Origin: a virus | Taxonomy: Duplodnaviria; Caudoviricetes | Direction: 5' to 3' (one strand) | Length of the DNA stretch: 54,043 bases | Virus record (IMG/VR): IMGVR_UViG_3300046836_000171 | Coordinates: 1-54,043 of that record | Shown here: in pieces, positions 37,391 through 46,696 of the stretch | Numbering within the stretch: the stretch's first letter is position 1 | Layout: every line of letters begins with the position of its first letter | Position numbers and translations under genes: made by a program | The notes under the pieces: model-generated | Database searches by the model: none | The model's input: the letters and a program-made list of their open reading frames with translations, nothing else | What the model was told of the DNA's origin: nothing

Positions 37391-37735
37391 ATGGAAGACC
37401 TACATTTAGCGGTTCAGATCGAGTCCGCCAACTACAGCTTGGGTTGGGGGCTCAACCCTCCACAGGCTCGGATCGTTCCGATCGGCTGGCGGCAGATAAT
37501 CCAGGCGGTTGCCGACAAGCACCGGATCACCGTCGCCGACCTGACGGGTCAAAGCCTCATCTGGCCGCACACCCGTCCCAGGTTCGAAGCCTGCTACGAT
37601 CTGGCGCGGCTGACCACGTTCAGCCTTCCGCAGATCGGCGCGCGCCTGGGCGGCCGCGACCACACCACCATCCTCAACGGCATCCGCCGACACTGTGAGC
37701 TGAACGGTCTCCCCCACCCTCGCCCCCGCGCGTGA
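37391..37735 (+). CDS. DnaA C-terminal (domain IV)-like HTH protein
   Basis: II..VA..H.IT..DL.G...SLPQIG..LGGRDHTTIL.G motif. Confidence 0.85.
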   Translation: MEDLHLAVQIESANYSLGWGLNPPQARIVPIGWRQIIQAVADKHRITVADLTGQSLIWPHTRPRFEACYDLARLTTFSLPQIGARLGGRDHTTILNGIRRHCELNGLPHPRPRA

Positions 37736-37739
37736 GGGG

Positions 37740-38354
37740 GTGGCGGGACCGGAAGACGTCAAAGCGTGGATGCCCGTTTTCGTCGGCGATTGGGACGCCG
37801 ACACCGCGGACCTGACATGCGAGGAAGACGGCGCTTACTGGCGACTCGTCCGCCACTACTGGCGCCGTGGCGCGCCGCCTGACGACGATCACCGCTTGGC
37901 CCGGATCGTCGGTGTCTCGCCGACCCGCTGGCGCTCGATGCGCCCGGCGCTGACCGTCTTCTTCGTGATCGCCCTGGGCGTCTGGACCCACAAGCGCGTC
38001 GAGCGCGAGCTGGTCGATGCGGTCTCCAGAAAGAGGGCTTACGTCGAGCGCGCGGCCAAGGGCGGCCGGGCCAAGGCGGCGAAAAAGGCTGCTTCAAGCA
38101 CCACTCAAGCGCTGCTTGAAGGTGTGCTTAAACCCTGCACATCACCATCACCATCACCTGAAGGGAATAACGGTCCTTCGGACAACGTTATTCCCCTTCA
38201 GGGCGCGAGCGCGGATTCGCTGCCGGTGGGCGATCCGCGTCGCGCCCAGGCGGAAGCCGCTGAGGCGGCGATGACGCCTGAAGAGAAGGCGACGATGCAG
38301 GCCGAGCTGCGCGCGCTCGCCGCCACGATGAAGACCAAGAGGATGCCCGAATGA
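37740..38354 (+). CDS. DUF1376/YdaU-family replication initiator-like protein
   Basis: WMP.FVGD..ADT..L..EE.GAY..L..YW...PDDD..LARI...W.HKR...EL motif. Confidence 0.88.
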   Translation: MAGPEDVKAWMPVFVGDWDADTADLTCEEDGAYWRLVRHYWRRGAPPDDDHRLARIVGVSPTRWRSMRPALTVFFVIALGVWTHKRVERELVDAVSRKRAYVERAAKGGRAKAAKKAASSTTQALLEGVLKPCTSPSPSPEGNNGPSDNVIPLQGASADSLPVGDPRRAQAEAAEAAMTPEEKATMQAELRALAATMKTKRMPE

Positions 38355-38941
38355 GCGCGGCCGAAGCGATCGAGCCCCACGCCTTCGCGCCGCTCCCGGC
38401 CGGACCCTTCGGCGTGATCCTCGCCGATCCGCCGTGGCGCTTCATGTCCTACAGCGGCCCGACGATCCCGAGCCGCCGGCCCGATCGGCTCTACGAGTCC
38501 GTGAGCCTCGCCGATCTGAAGCGCCTGCCCGTCGCCGACGTCGCAGCTCGCGACTGCGCGCTCTACGTCTGGACGTTCGGCCCGCACCTTGCGCAAACGC
38601 TGGAGCTGGGCGCTGCCTGGGGCTTCAAGTTCAAGACCGACGTTCATTGGTGGGTGAAGACCCGCCGAGGCGGCTGGCCGGTCCCAGGGCTCGGCCACTG
38701 GTCGCGCAAGCAAGGCGAGCAAGTGTGGCTGTTCACCCGCGGCCACCCGAAGCGGCTCAGCGGCGGCGTCGAACAGATCATCTACGCCATGCGCGGCGCC
38801 CACAGCGAGAAGCCGCCCGAGCTGTATGACCGGATCGAGGCGATGGTCGCCGGCCCCAGGCTGGAGCTGTTCGCTCGCCAGCGCCGGGCCGGCTGGACGG
38901 CATGGGGCGACCAGATCGAAGAGGGGGGGCTGAGCCTATGA
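38351..38941 (+). CDS. MT-A70-family adenine N6 methyltransferase
   Basis: VILADPPW, LPV..VA..DC.L..W, AWGF..K, HSEKP and LELFAR..R.GW..WG motifs. Confidence 0.92.
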   Translation: MSAAEAIEPHAFAPLPAGPFGVILADPPWRFMSYSGPTIPSRRPDRLYESVSLADLKRLPVADVAARDCALYVWTFGPHLAQTLELGAAWGFKFKTDVHWWVKTRRGGWPVPGLGHWSRKQGEQVWLFTRGHPKRLSGGVEQIIYAMRGAHSEKPPELYDRIEAMVAGPRLELFARQRRAGWTAWGDQIEEGGLSL

Positions 38942-39309
38942 CCTTCAGGTTCACCGAAGACGACAAGCGCCGCTTCATGTCCTACGTGATGAAGCACCCG
39001 TGCGGCTGCTGGATTTGGATCGGCGGTCGATCGCGCGGGAAGGGCAACAAGACCTGGTACGGGTCCTTCTGGATCGATGGCCGCACCCGGCGCGCCCACA
39101 TTGTCGCCGCGGTGATGTTCGGCAAGGGCCACGTCCCCGGTCATCACGAAGACCACCTTTGCAACTTCACGCTCTGCGTCGCGCCCGATCACGTCGAGAC
39201 CGTGACCCAGGCGGTCAACCAGCAGCGCAAGATGGAGCGCCAGCGCGAGCGCGCCGCCTTCATCGCCTCAGCCCTCCAGCACGCCATCAACCTAGGGAAC
39301 CTCCAATGA
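38938..39309 (+). CDS. HNH endonuclease-like protein
   Basis: CWIW.G, YG.F, AH.V and DH.C....CV.PDH...VT..VN motifs. Confidence 0.85.
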   Translation: MTFRFTEDDKRRFMSYVMKHPCGCWIWIGGRSRGKGNKTWYGSFWIDGRTRRAHIVAAVMFGKGHVPGHHEDHLCNFTLCVAPDHVETVTQAVNQQRKMERQRERAAFIASALQHAINLGNLQ

Positions 39310-40061
39310 GCGACCAGACCACCATCGCCACGATCATCCGAGCGCTCGTCTCGGTGCGCCAGCGGATCGGGCCGCACGCCCAAGCCGACTACGCCCTAGG
39401 GCTGCTGGTCGAAGACCTGAAGGAGGCGCAGACACCCGCGCACCTGAAGGCGGACGGGGGCCACGAAGCGCGCCGAGCGCAGGCGCTTGGACCCGCTCCC
39501 GATCCTGCACCGCCAGCCGGCATGGACCCAGCGCCCGCTGGCGTCGCCGAGAATGGCGCGGTCTTCGGCCACTACCACTTGCCGCTGCCGCTGTGCGTCG
39601 AGCGGCTACCGACGCGGGCTCGCACGCTACTGGTCGAGTTCGATGAGGCGGTGGACGGCGACGACGTTCGCGCCCTGTGGGCGCTGCTGGCCGCATGCCT
39701 GCCGATCCCGATGCCGATGGAAAGCCAAGCCCAGGCGACGCGGATGACCAACGCGGGACTCGAGCCTGATCGCTTCGCGCCCCGCCCGGCCGCAGCGCTC
39801 GATGAAGCCTTCCGTCGCGCGTCTGAAGCGGCTGCGGACTACACCGAGCTGAACACCGGCGCGCCCCGCGTCGAGGTCCCGGCCGCTATAGCGCGCATGG
39901 CCGTAGCCCTGACGCGCTGCGCCGGCCAGTTCGAACACTACGCCGAGCTGGAGCGCGCCAAGGGGACCGAAGACGGGAACTTCAAGGCCGACGCCAATCT
40001 TGCGATGGCGCGGGAGTGTCGGGTGGCGCTCGGGGTTGAGCCCGAACGGCCCGCGCTCTAG
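39306..40061 (+). CDS. Hypothetical protein
   Basis: ATGA overlap; the C-terminal module is shared with ORF 30717-31091. Confidence 0.7.
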   Translation: MSDQTTIATIIRALVSVRQRIGPHAQADYALGLLVEDLKEAQTPAHLKADGGHEARRAQALGPAPDPAPPAGMDPAPAGVAENGAVFGHYHLPLPLCVERLPTRARTLLVEFDEAVDGDDVRALWALLAACLPIPMPMESQAQATRMTNAGLEPDRFAPRPAAALDEAFRRASEAAADYTELNTGAPRVEVPAAIARMAVALTRCAGQFEHYAELERAKGTEDGNFKADANLAMARECRVALGVEPERPAL

Positions 40062-40070
40062 CTTCGCCAC

Positions 40071-40835
40071 ATGGCCCTGACCCAGCGAGAGTCCGCGTTC
40101 GTTGACGCCTACCTGACCGACTTCAACGGGACGCGCGCCATGCTGACCGTGAAGCCATCGATCAGGGAAACCAGCGCCGCGACCATCGCCAGCCGGCTGT
40201 TAAGGAAAGTGGAGGTGCAGTCTGAGATTGCGCGCCGGGCGCTCGCGATGAAGGACACGATGGAGTTGGAGGCGCGCGACCTGACCCGCATGTGGGCGCA
40301 GATCGTCACCGTAGACCGCAACGAAATCGCCGAAGTGCGGCGCGTCTGCTGCCCCTGGTGCTGGAGCCCGAACGACGATCCCCAGGAGACGCCCGGCCAG
40401 CGTTCGGCTCGCTGGCGGAAGCACGAGTCCCTGATCAAGCAGATCGCAGCGAGGGCGAAGGAAGGTCAGCCGCTCACCTTGCCCGAGTTCCCCGAGTTGG
40501 GCGGCGTGGGCTACGACGCGCGCCGGCCGATCAATCCGAGCTGCACCGAGTGCTTCGGCGACGGTCAGACCAAGCTGATTGTGAAGGACACCCGCAAGCT
40601 GAGCCCGGCGGCCCGCGCCGTCTATGAAGGCGTCGATATCAAGAACGGCGACGTGGTGGTGAAGATGCACAGCCGCGAGAAGGCGCTGGAGCTGATCGCC
40701 CGCAAGCTCGGGATGCTGAAGGACGCGGCCGGCGGCGCACCCCCTGGATCATCGGACGAAGCCATGCGCAATGTCACGTCTGACGATCCTCAAGAGGCGA
40801 GTCGCCTGTACCTGCGAATGATCGAGGGAAGCTGA
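40071..40835 (+). CDS. terS: Terminase small subunit with Zn-binding insert
   Basis: LT.R...FV..YL.DFN.T.A, ASRLL, RR.CC..CW, P.C.ECFGDG and K.ALE.I...LG motifs. Confidence 0.9.
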   Translation: MALTQRESAFVDAYLTDFNGTRAMLTVKPSIRETSAATIASRLLRKVEVQSEIARRALAMKDTMELEARDLTRMWAQIVTVDRNEIAEVRRVCCPWCWSPNDDPQETPGQRSARWRKHESLIKQIAARAKEGQPLTLPEFPELGGVGYDARRPINPSCTECFGDGQTKLIVKDTRKLSPAARAVYEGVDIKNGDVVVKMHSREKALELIARKLGMLKDAAGGAPPGSSDEAMRNVTSDDPQEASRLYLRMIEGS

Positions 40836-40837
40836 TC

Positions 40838-41086
40838 ATGCTGGCTGACGAAGTGATGGAAGGCGCGGAGCTGCTGAGGTTGCGCGACCAGCTCAAGGCG
40901 GGGCTCGTCTCGATCCGAGATAACGTGGCTGGGTCCGGCAAAGTGCAGATCGATATCGGTCAGACCGAAATCGCTGAATACGACTGCAAGGGCCGGGCCT
41001 CGCCGCGTACCGGCCGGCGCTTGATCAACGCCATGCTGAGCGACGTCAACGCCCGGCTCGACGTGCTGGGGATCGTTTTCGAATGA
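40838..41086 (+). CDS. Hypothetical protein
   Basis: Coupled ORF between terS and def. Confidence 0.6.
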   Translation: MLADEVMEGAELLRLRDQLKAGLVSIRDNVAGSGKVQIDIGQTEIAEYDCKGRASPRTGRRLINAMLSDVNARLDVLGIVFE

Positions 41087-41631
41087 CGACTGAGCGCATG
41101 ATGACCCCCGGAGAGGCGGCCGCCGCGATCATCCTGAAGGACGGCGACCCGCGCCTGCGCGAGCGGTGCAAGCCGTGGGTCTTCGGTGGCGGCATGGACG
41201 GCTCGGCGAACGAGCTGGGCGAGCGCCGCGAGCTGGCCGAGCTGCTGAACCTGACCATGCGCAAGGCCGGCGGCGGCGGGCTGGCCGCGCCGCAGATCGG
41301 CGTCATGCGCCGGGTCTTCTGCATCGCGCTCGGCCCAGCGGCGGGGCTGGTGTGCTTCAACCCCTCGATCGGCGTCCGCATGGGTGCGCGCAAGAAGGTC
41401 AGCGAGGGCTGTCTGAGCTACCCCGGCGTGTTCATCAACGTGTGGCGCAGCGAAGGCGTGCGGGTCCGCTTCACGTCGATGACCGGCGCGCCGATCGAGC
41501 GCGAGCTGTGGGGCCGCGAGGCGCACGCCTACCAGCACGAACTCGATCACCTTGACGGGCGGACCCTGCCCGACTTCGTTCCGGCCCATGTGTGGGAGCG
41601 CGAACGGCTGGCCGCGAAGGCGAGGGCATGA
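41083..41631 (+). CDS. def: Peptide deformylase
   Basis: All three PDF motifs are present: GGLAAPQIG, EGCLS and QHELDHLDG. Confidence 0.93.
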   Translation: MTTERMMTPGEAAAAIILKDGDPRLRERCKPWVFGGGMDGSANELGERRELAELLNLTMRKAGGGGLAAPQIGVMRRVFCIALGPAAGLVCFNPSIGVRMGARKKVSEGCLSYPGVFINVWRSEGVRVRFTSMTGAPIERELWGREAHAYQHELDHLDGRTLPDFVPAHVWERERLAAKARA

Positions 41632-41686
41632 TCTGGCTGCTGCTGGCGATGTTCTGCCCGAGCTGGCCGTGGCCGCGACATGCGCC

Positions 41687-41968
41687 GTGAATCCTTGGAC
41701 GATCTGCTGTGTCCCCGGCTGCGCGCACCGGACGCGGCGCTATACCCGCCCCTGGGATGGCGAGTGGATATGCGCCGAGCATTGGCGACTCGTCCCCGGG
41801 TCGCTTAAGTCGCTTCGCGCCCGCTTGGTGCAGCGCTACCGTCGCCGCGGCCAGATGGACATGACCGCTCTTCACTACCTGCCACAGACCCGAGCCGCCG
41901 ACCGCATGTTGCGCGGCGTCTGGCGGCGCATGAAGGCGGCGGCGATCGAGCGCGCGGCCGGTCTCTGA
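41687..41968 (+). CDS. Small Zn-finger protein
   Basis: C.VPGC...WIC..HW..VP motif; TGATG coupling to terL; start uncertain. Confidence 0.6.
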   Translation: MNPWTICCVPGCAHRTRRYTRPWDGEWICAEHWRLVPGSLKSLRARLVQRYRRRGQMDMTALHYLPQTRAADRMLRGVWRRMKAAAIERAAGL

Positions 41969-43638
41969 TGGCTGACGGCTCCGGTCTTCCCGTCGCCTTC
42001 GATTGGAAGAACCCCGACTACGTTGACGTGTTCGACCGCCGCACCCGCCGCCTGCAATGGCTGCGCGGCGAGATGGCGCGCGAAATCGAAGAGGGCCTAG
42101 AGCCCACCGTCCTGCCGACGCTGCGCCGCTACTACCGCGACCACCCGGCCGACTTCATCAACGATTGGGGCGTGACCGTCGATCCGCGCAACCTGGAGCG
42201 CGACCTGCCGGCGGTGATCCCCTTCCTGTTGTTCCCCAGGCAGCGCGAGTTCGTGGACTTCGTGATGGAGCGCTGGCGCGGCCGCGAGCCCGGCCTTGTC
42301 GAGAAGAGCCGCGACATGGGGATGAGCTGGCTGACCGTCGCCTTCGCCGCGACGCTGTGCCTGCATATCCCAGGGATGGCGATCGGCTTCGGCTCGCGGA
42401 AGGAAGAGTATGTCGATGGGACCGACAACCCGAAGTCCCTCTTCTGGAAAGCCCGCCAGTTCGTCCACTACCTGCCCCGCGAGTTCCGGGGAGGATGGGA
42501 CCGCCGGCGCCACGCGGCGCACATGCGCCTCGCCTTCCCCCTAACGGGGGCCACGATGACCGGGGAAGCCGGCGACAACATCGGCCGCGGCGACCGCACG
42601 GCTATCTACTTCGTGGACGAAGCCGCGCACGTCGTGCGCCCCCAGCTCATCGAGGCGTCGCTCAGCCAGACGACGAACTGCCGCATCGACCTGTCGAGCG
42701 TCAACGGCATGGCGAACGCCTTCGCGGCCCGGCGCTGGGGCGGCAAGATCAAGGTCTTCATCTTCGATTGGCGCGACGATCCGCGGAAGGATGACGCTTG
42801 GTATCTGAAGCAGCAGGACGAGCTCGATCCCGTCGTGCTGGCCCAGGAGGTTGATCGCGACTACACGGCCGCCGTCGAGCGCGTGCTGATCCCGGGCGTG
42901 TGGGTCCGCGCGGCGATCGACGCGCACCTGAAGCTTGAGCTGCTAGGCCACGGCCGCCGGCGCGGCTCGCTCGACGTCGCCGACGAGGGGGCCGACCGCA
43001 ACGCCTTCATCGCCCGGCGCGGGGTGATCATCGACCACATCGAGAGCTGGTCCGGCAAGGGGTCCGACACCTTCGCGACCACCGAACGCGCCTTCTTCCT
43101 GGCCGACACGCTGGGGCTGGAGGGGTTCAAGTACGACGCGGACGGGATCGGCTCAGCCTGCCGCGGCGACGCTCGGGTGATCAATGAGCGGCGCGTGGCG
43201 AGCGGCGGCCGCAAGGTAGAAGTGCTGGCCTACCGCGGATCGGCCGGCGTGATCCATCCCGAGCGCGAGGACGTGAAGGGCCGGCTGAACGAAGACTTCT
43301 TCATGAACCGCAAGGCGCAGGATTGGTGGCGGCTGCGCCAGCGGTTCCAGGCGACCTACCGGGCGATCGAAGACCTGAAGCTGCCGCCCGACCAGCGCCG
43401 GCCGGTCGATATCAACGCGCTGATCAGCATCAGCAGCGAGGCGGGGCCGGCGCACTTGCAGCTCGTAGCCGAGCTGTCCCAGCCAACCTTCACGATTAAC
43501 GTCGCCGGCAAAGTGGTGGTAGACAAGAAGCCGGATGGGGCGAAGTCCCCGAATCTGGCGGACGGGGCGATGATGGAGTTCGCTGAAGACGACGCCCTGC
43601 CGATCGTCATCACCGACGACGCGCTGGCGAAAATCTGA
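41968..43638 (+). CDS. terL: Terminase large subunit
   Basis: [10 protein letters not shown] Walker A variant, YFVDEAAH Walker B, and nuclease motifs LDVADEG.D, YDADG.G and SPNLAD. Confidence 0.93.
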   Translation: MADGSGLPVAFDWKNPDYVDVFDRRTRRLQWLRGEMAREIEEGLEPTVLPTLRRYYRDHPADFINDWGVTVDPRNLERDLPAVIPFLLFPRQREFVDFVMERWRGREPGLVEKSRDMGMSWLTVAFAATLCLHIPGMAIGFGSRKEEYVDGTDNPKSLFWKARQFVHYLPREFRGGWDRRRHAAHMRLAFPLTGATMTGEAGDNIGRGDRTAIYFVDEAAHVVRPQLIEASLSQTTNCRIDLSSVNGMANAFAARRWGGKIKVFIFDWRDDPRKDDAWYLKQQDELDPVVLAQEVDRDYTAAVERVLIPGVWVRAAIDAHLKLELLGHGRRRGSLDVADEGADRNAFIARRGVIIDHIESWSGKGSDTFATTERAFFLADTLGLEGFKYDADGIGSACRGDARVINERRVASGGRKVEVLAYRGSAGVIHPEREDVKGRLNEDFFMNRKAQDWWRLRQRFQATYRAIEDLKLPPDQRRPVDINALISISSEAGPAHLQLVAELSQPTFTINVAGKVVVDKKPDGAKSPNLADGAMMEFAEDDALPIVITDDALAKI

Positions 43639-46508
43639 TGGCTGACGACGCCGGCACGTTCGCCCAGCCCTACCGAGTGGTCGCAAGCGCCCGCTGGTCG
43701 CAGCCGGCGCGCGGCCCCGAGTGGACGCTAACCGGCATGGACGCGCTCGCCGGCGGGCTCGGGGCCAGCGCCGAGCTGGTCCCCTACAGCCACGTCCCGC
43801 GGATGAACCCGAAGGATATCTTCAGGGCCTACCAGCCGCCCCCAGGCTTCGGCGCGGCCGGCGTCGATGCGGCCAAGGGCGGCGACGCCACGCTGGCGAT
43901 GGACGAAGCGATTGCGATCGCCCAGGATTGGGACAACGCCGTGGGCGCCCACGCGCTCCAGATCGGCGGCGCGCAGCTCACCCAGGGCATCGGCTTCCTG
44001 GGCTACCCGTTCCTCGCCGAGCTATCGCAGCGCCCCGAGTACCGGAAGATCAGCGAGACGATCGCCGAAGAGCTGACCCGTAAGTGGATCAGGGTCTCAT
44101 CGATCAGCGACGGCGAGGACAAGACGCAGAAGGTCGATGACCTGAACGGGGCGATCGAGCGCTTCCGCGTGCGCGAGCGCTTCCACAAGGCGGCCGAGCT
44201 GGACGGCTTCATGGGCCGATCGCAGCTCTACATCGACGTGGGGAAGAGCAGCGACGCAGCCGAGCTGGCGACGCCGCTCATGCTGACGCCCGAGAAGATC
44301 GCCAAGGGCTCGCTCAAGGGCTTCCGCGTGGTCGAGCCCATGTGGAGCTATCCGCTCGACTACAATTCATCGGACCCGCTGGCCGAGAACTTCTACGTCC
44401 CCGTGAGCTGGGCGGTGATGCAGCGCCGCGTCCACGCCTCGCGCCTGCTGACCTTCATCGGCCGCCCGATGCCCGATCTGCTGAAGCCGGCCTACGCCTT
44501 CGGCGGGCTCAGCCTCAGCCAGATGGCGATGCCCTACGTGCAGAACTGGCTGCGCACCCGGCAGTCGGTCAGCGACCTGATCCACAGCTTCAGCGTGATG
44601 ATCCTCTCGACCGACATGGGCGCGACGCTCGACGCGGAGGGCATGAACAAGCTGTTGCGCCGCGCCCAGGCGGCCGCCCTCTTCCGCGACAACCGCGGGC
44701 TCCAGATCATCAACAAGGCGACCGAAGAGTTCGCCAACGTCAGCGCACCGCTGAGCGGCCTCGACGCGCTTCAGGCGCAGTCGCAGGAACAGATGGCGAG
44801 CGTCAGCGGCATCCCGCTGGTCAAGCTGCTGGGAATCACGCCGAGCGGGCTGAACGCCTCATCGGATGGCGAGGTTCGGGTCTTCTACGACCGGGTGAAG
44901 GCGACCCAGGAGAAGTTCATGGGGCCGAACCTGAAGCATGTCATGGACGTGCTTCAGCTCAATGAGTGGGGCGAGGTTGACCCCGATATCGTCTATGAGT
45001 GGGTTCCGCTGTGGGAGCTGGACGAAGCCGGCAAGGCCGCGGTGCGCAAGACCGACGCGGACACCGGCGCGGTGCTGATCGAGTCGGGGGCGCTGGCGAC
45101 CGAAGAAGAGCGCAAGCGCATCGCGAGCGCGCCGGATTCGCCCTACCAGGGGCTCGACGTCGATGACATGCCCGATCCGCCCGACATGGGCGAGGGCGAA
45201 GAGGGCGCGCCGGATATCCCCGGCGCTGGGGCGAAGGCGAGCGGCAACCCGGCGAGGACTGCCGAGCCTGCGGCCGTCGAGCGCGCCGGCGACCATGCGC
45301 TCGACGCCGAGTTCCGCGAGTCCGACCACCCGCGCGACAATGACGGCAAGTTCAGCGAGGGCGGCGGTGGTGGCGGTGGCGGTGGCGCGGTCGAGAGGCG
45401 ACGGGCTGGGGCTAACCCGGCCAAGCTGACCAAGCCGCAGCGCGTCGCGCTTGAAAGGGTCGCTGCCGGTCAGCAGCCGGGCAACGTCGGTCATGTGCGC
45501 GAGCGCCTTACGGAGGGGGGGCTGATCCATCACACCTTCAACGAACATGGAATTGGCACCGCGCACCTGACCGAGAAGGGGCGCGCGGCGCTGGGGATCA
45601 AAGAGCCGAGCGCGCCGCCCCCGGCCAACGTCCATCCCGAAGTCGCCAAGACGCTCGGCGAGGCGGGGCTCAAGCGTCTGCACGATGCGATCGGCAGCAA
45701 GGATCACAAGTCGATCCTCGCCGCGCTCGCCCCCGCGGCCGGAAAGCGGCGCGAGGGCGCGTCGATGCCGATCGAGCATCACGGCTCGCCCCAGGCGATC
45801 GCGAAGTTCCTGGGATCGCGCACCTACGTCGCGCCGGACGGATCGGAGGCCAGCCACCCCGAAATCATCGATCATCTGGTGGACAAGGCGCTGAGCTACG
45901 CGGGGGCCGGTGGCGTGCGACGGAATCGTGAAGTGCTGTTCGTCACCGGGCCGCCGGCGGCCGGCAAGTCCACGATCGCCGAAATCCTCGCCGAGCGGAA
46001 CGGCGCGGCGATCCTCGACCCCGACGACGCGAAGAAGGTCATCCCCGAGTTCAACGGCGGCCTCGACTCCAGCTACGTCCACGAAGAGTCGTCAACGCTC
46101 ACCGGCTACGTCGGGGGGCGCCTGACCGATGAGGGCGCGAACATCATCTATCCGATGGTGGGGGACAGCGCGGAGAAGATCAGCAAGAAGATCGATGACT
46201 ACCGCGCCAAGGGCTACAAGGTCGGCATCGTCAATCTGGACGTCTCGGCCGACAACGCCGCGCAGCGCATGGCGAGGCGGTTCGTGAAGACCGGCCGGCT
46301 GATCGATCCCGGCTACTTCGGGAGCATCGTGAACGAAGAAGCGCCGCAGAAAGCCTATGCGGCCCTGCGGCAGGATAGTCGCCTAGAGCTGGGCGCGGCC
46401 CAGGTGGACGGGAACACCGCGCCGGGCGAGGAAGCGATCAAAGACGTGATCGGCTCGCCGGCGGGCTATCGCCACGGCCAGCTCGCGAAGGGGCGGCAAG
46501 CGCCCTAG
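43638..46508 (+). CDS. Portal protein (DUF1073-type) fused to an HPR motif, a winged-helix-like segment and a zeta-toxin-like P-loop kinase
   Basis: Portal motifs FLGYP.LAEL.QRPEY, VH.SRL, IPLVKLLGITP.GLNASSDGE and W.PLW in aa ~100-500; ALDAEFRESDHPRDNDGKF at ~aa 554; GPPAAGKST at aa 771; DPDDAK..IPEF, VHEESS and R...R...TGR motifs. Confidence 0.9.
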   Translation: MADDAGTFAQPYRVVASARWSQPARGPEWTLTGMDALAGGLGASAELVPYSHVPRMNPKDIFRAYQPPPGFGAAGVDAAKGGDATLAMDEAIAIAQDWDNAVGAHALQIGGAQLTQGIGFLGYPFLAELSQRPEYRKISETIAEELTRKWIRVSSISDGEDKTQKVDDLNGAIERFRVRERFHKAAELDGFMGRSQLYIDVGKSSDAAELATPLMLTPEKIAKGSLKGFRVVEPMWSYPLDYNSSDPLAENFYVPVSWAVMQRRVHASRLLTFIGRPMPDLLKPAYAFGGLSLSQMAMPYVQNWLRTRQSVSDLIHSFSVMILSTDMGATLDAEGMNKLLRRAQAAALFRDNRGLQIINKATEEFANVSAPLSGLDALQAQSQEQMASVSGIPLVKLLGITPSGLNASSDGEVRVFYDRVKATQEKFMGPNLKHVMDVLQLNEWGEVDPDIVYEWVPLWELDEAGKAAVRKTDADTGAVLIESGALATEEERKRIASAPDSPYQGLDVDDMPDPPDMGEGEEGAPDIPGAGAKASGNPARTAEPAAVERAGDHALDAEFRESDHPRDNDGKFSEGGGGGGGGGAVERRRAGANPAKLTKPQRVALERVAAGQQPGNVGHVRERLTEGGLIHHTFNEHGIGTAHLTEKGRAALGIKEPSAPPPANVHPEVAKTLGEAGLKRLHDAIGSKDHKSILAALAPAAGKRREGASMPIEHHGSPQAIAKFLGSRTYVAPDGSEASHPEIIDHLVDKALSYAGAGGVRRNREVLFVTGPPAAGKSTIAEILAERNGAAILDPDDAKKVIPEFNGGLDSSYVHEESSTLTGYVGGRLTDEGANIIYPMVGDSAEKISKKIDDYRAKGYKVGIVNLDVSADNAAQRMARRFVKTGRLIDPGYFGSIVNEEAPQKAYAALRQDSRLELGAAQVDGNTAPGEEAIKDVIGSPAGYRHGQLAKGRQAP

Positions 46509-46678
46509 GGCTTCTTGCCCTTGTTCTCTGCGAACCGCGGGTCATCCTTGGCGAGAGGCGTTCCGACCAGCGGAACCTCGCCGCGCATGACCGCCCGTTC
46601 GAAGTCGTCCATCCGATCCTGCGCCGCCGGCCCGTGGGGACCGTCGCGCCAATCGGCGGGTTTCTGTTTGTCTGCCAT
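46505..46678 (-). CDS. 57-aa ORF convergent on the portal-toxin gene (candidate immunity protein)
   Basis: MADKQKPADWRDGPHGPAAQDRMDDFERAVMRGEVPLVGTPLAKDDPRFAENKGKKP; AGGT RBS; stop overlaps the portal stop in CTAG; absent from the ORF track. Confidence 0.7.
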   Translation of the reverse strand: MADKQKPADWRDGPHGPAAQDRMDDFERAVMRGEVPLVGTPLAKDDPRFAENKGKKP

Positions 46679-46696
46679 GTTGGCTACCTAAGCGGG

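Noticed and set aside
38938-39309. Intron- or intein-associated homing endonuclease
   Set aside because: Free-standing ORF coupled to its neighbours; no interrupted gene or splice motifs seen.
43638-45200. Anti-CBASS Acb1 label often attached to DUF1073 proteins
   Set aside because: Position after terL and the motifs indicate a portal; no pair of HxT/S phosphoesterase motifs was recognised, and the extension is a P-loop kinase.
45359-45387. GGC/GGT microsatellite as a phase-variation tract
   Set aside because: A mixed-codon triplet run encoding a poly-Gly linker; slippage would keep the frame.
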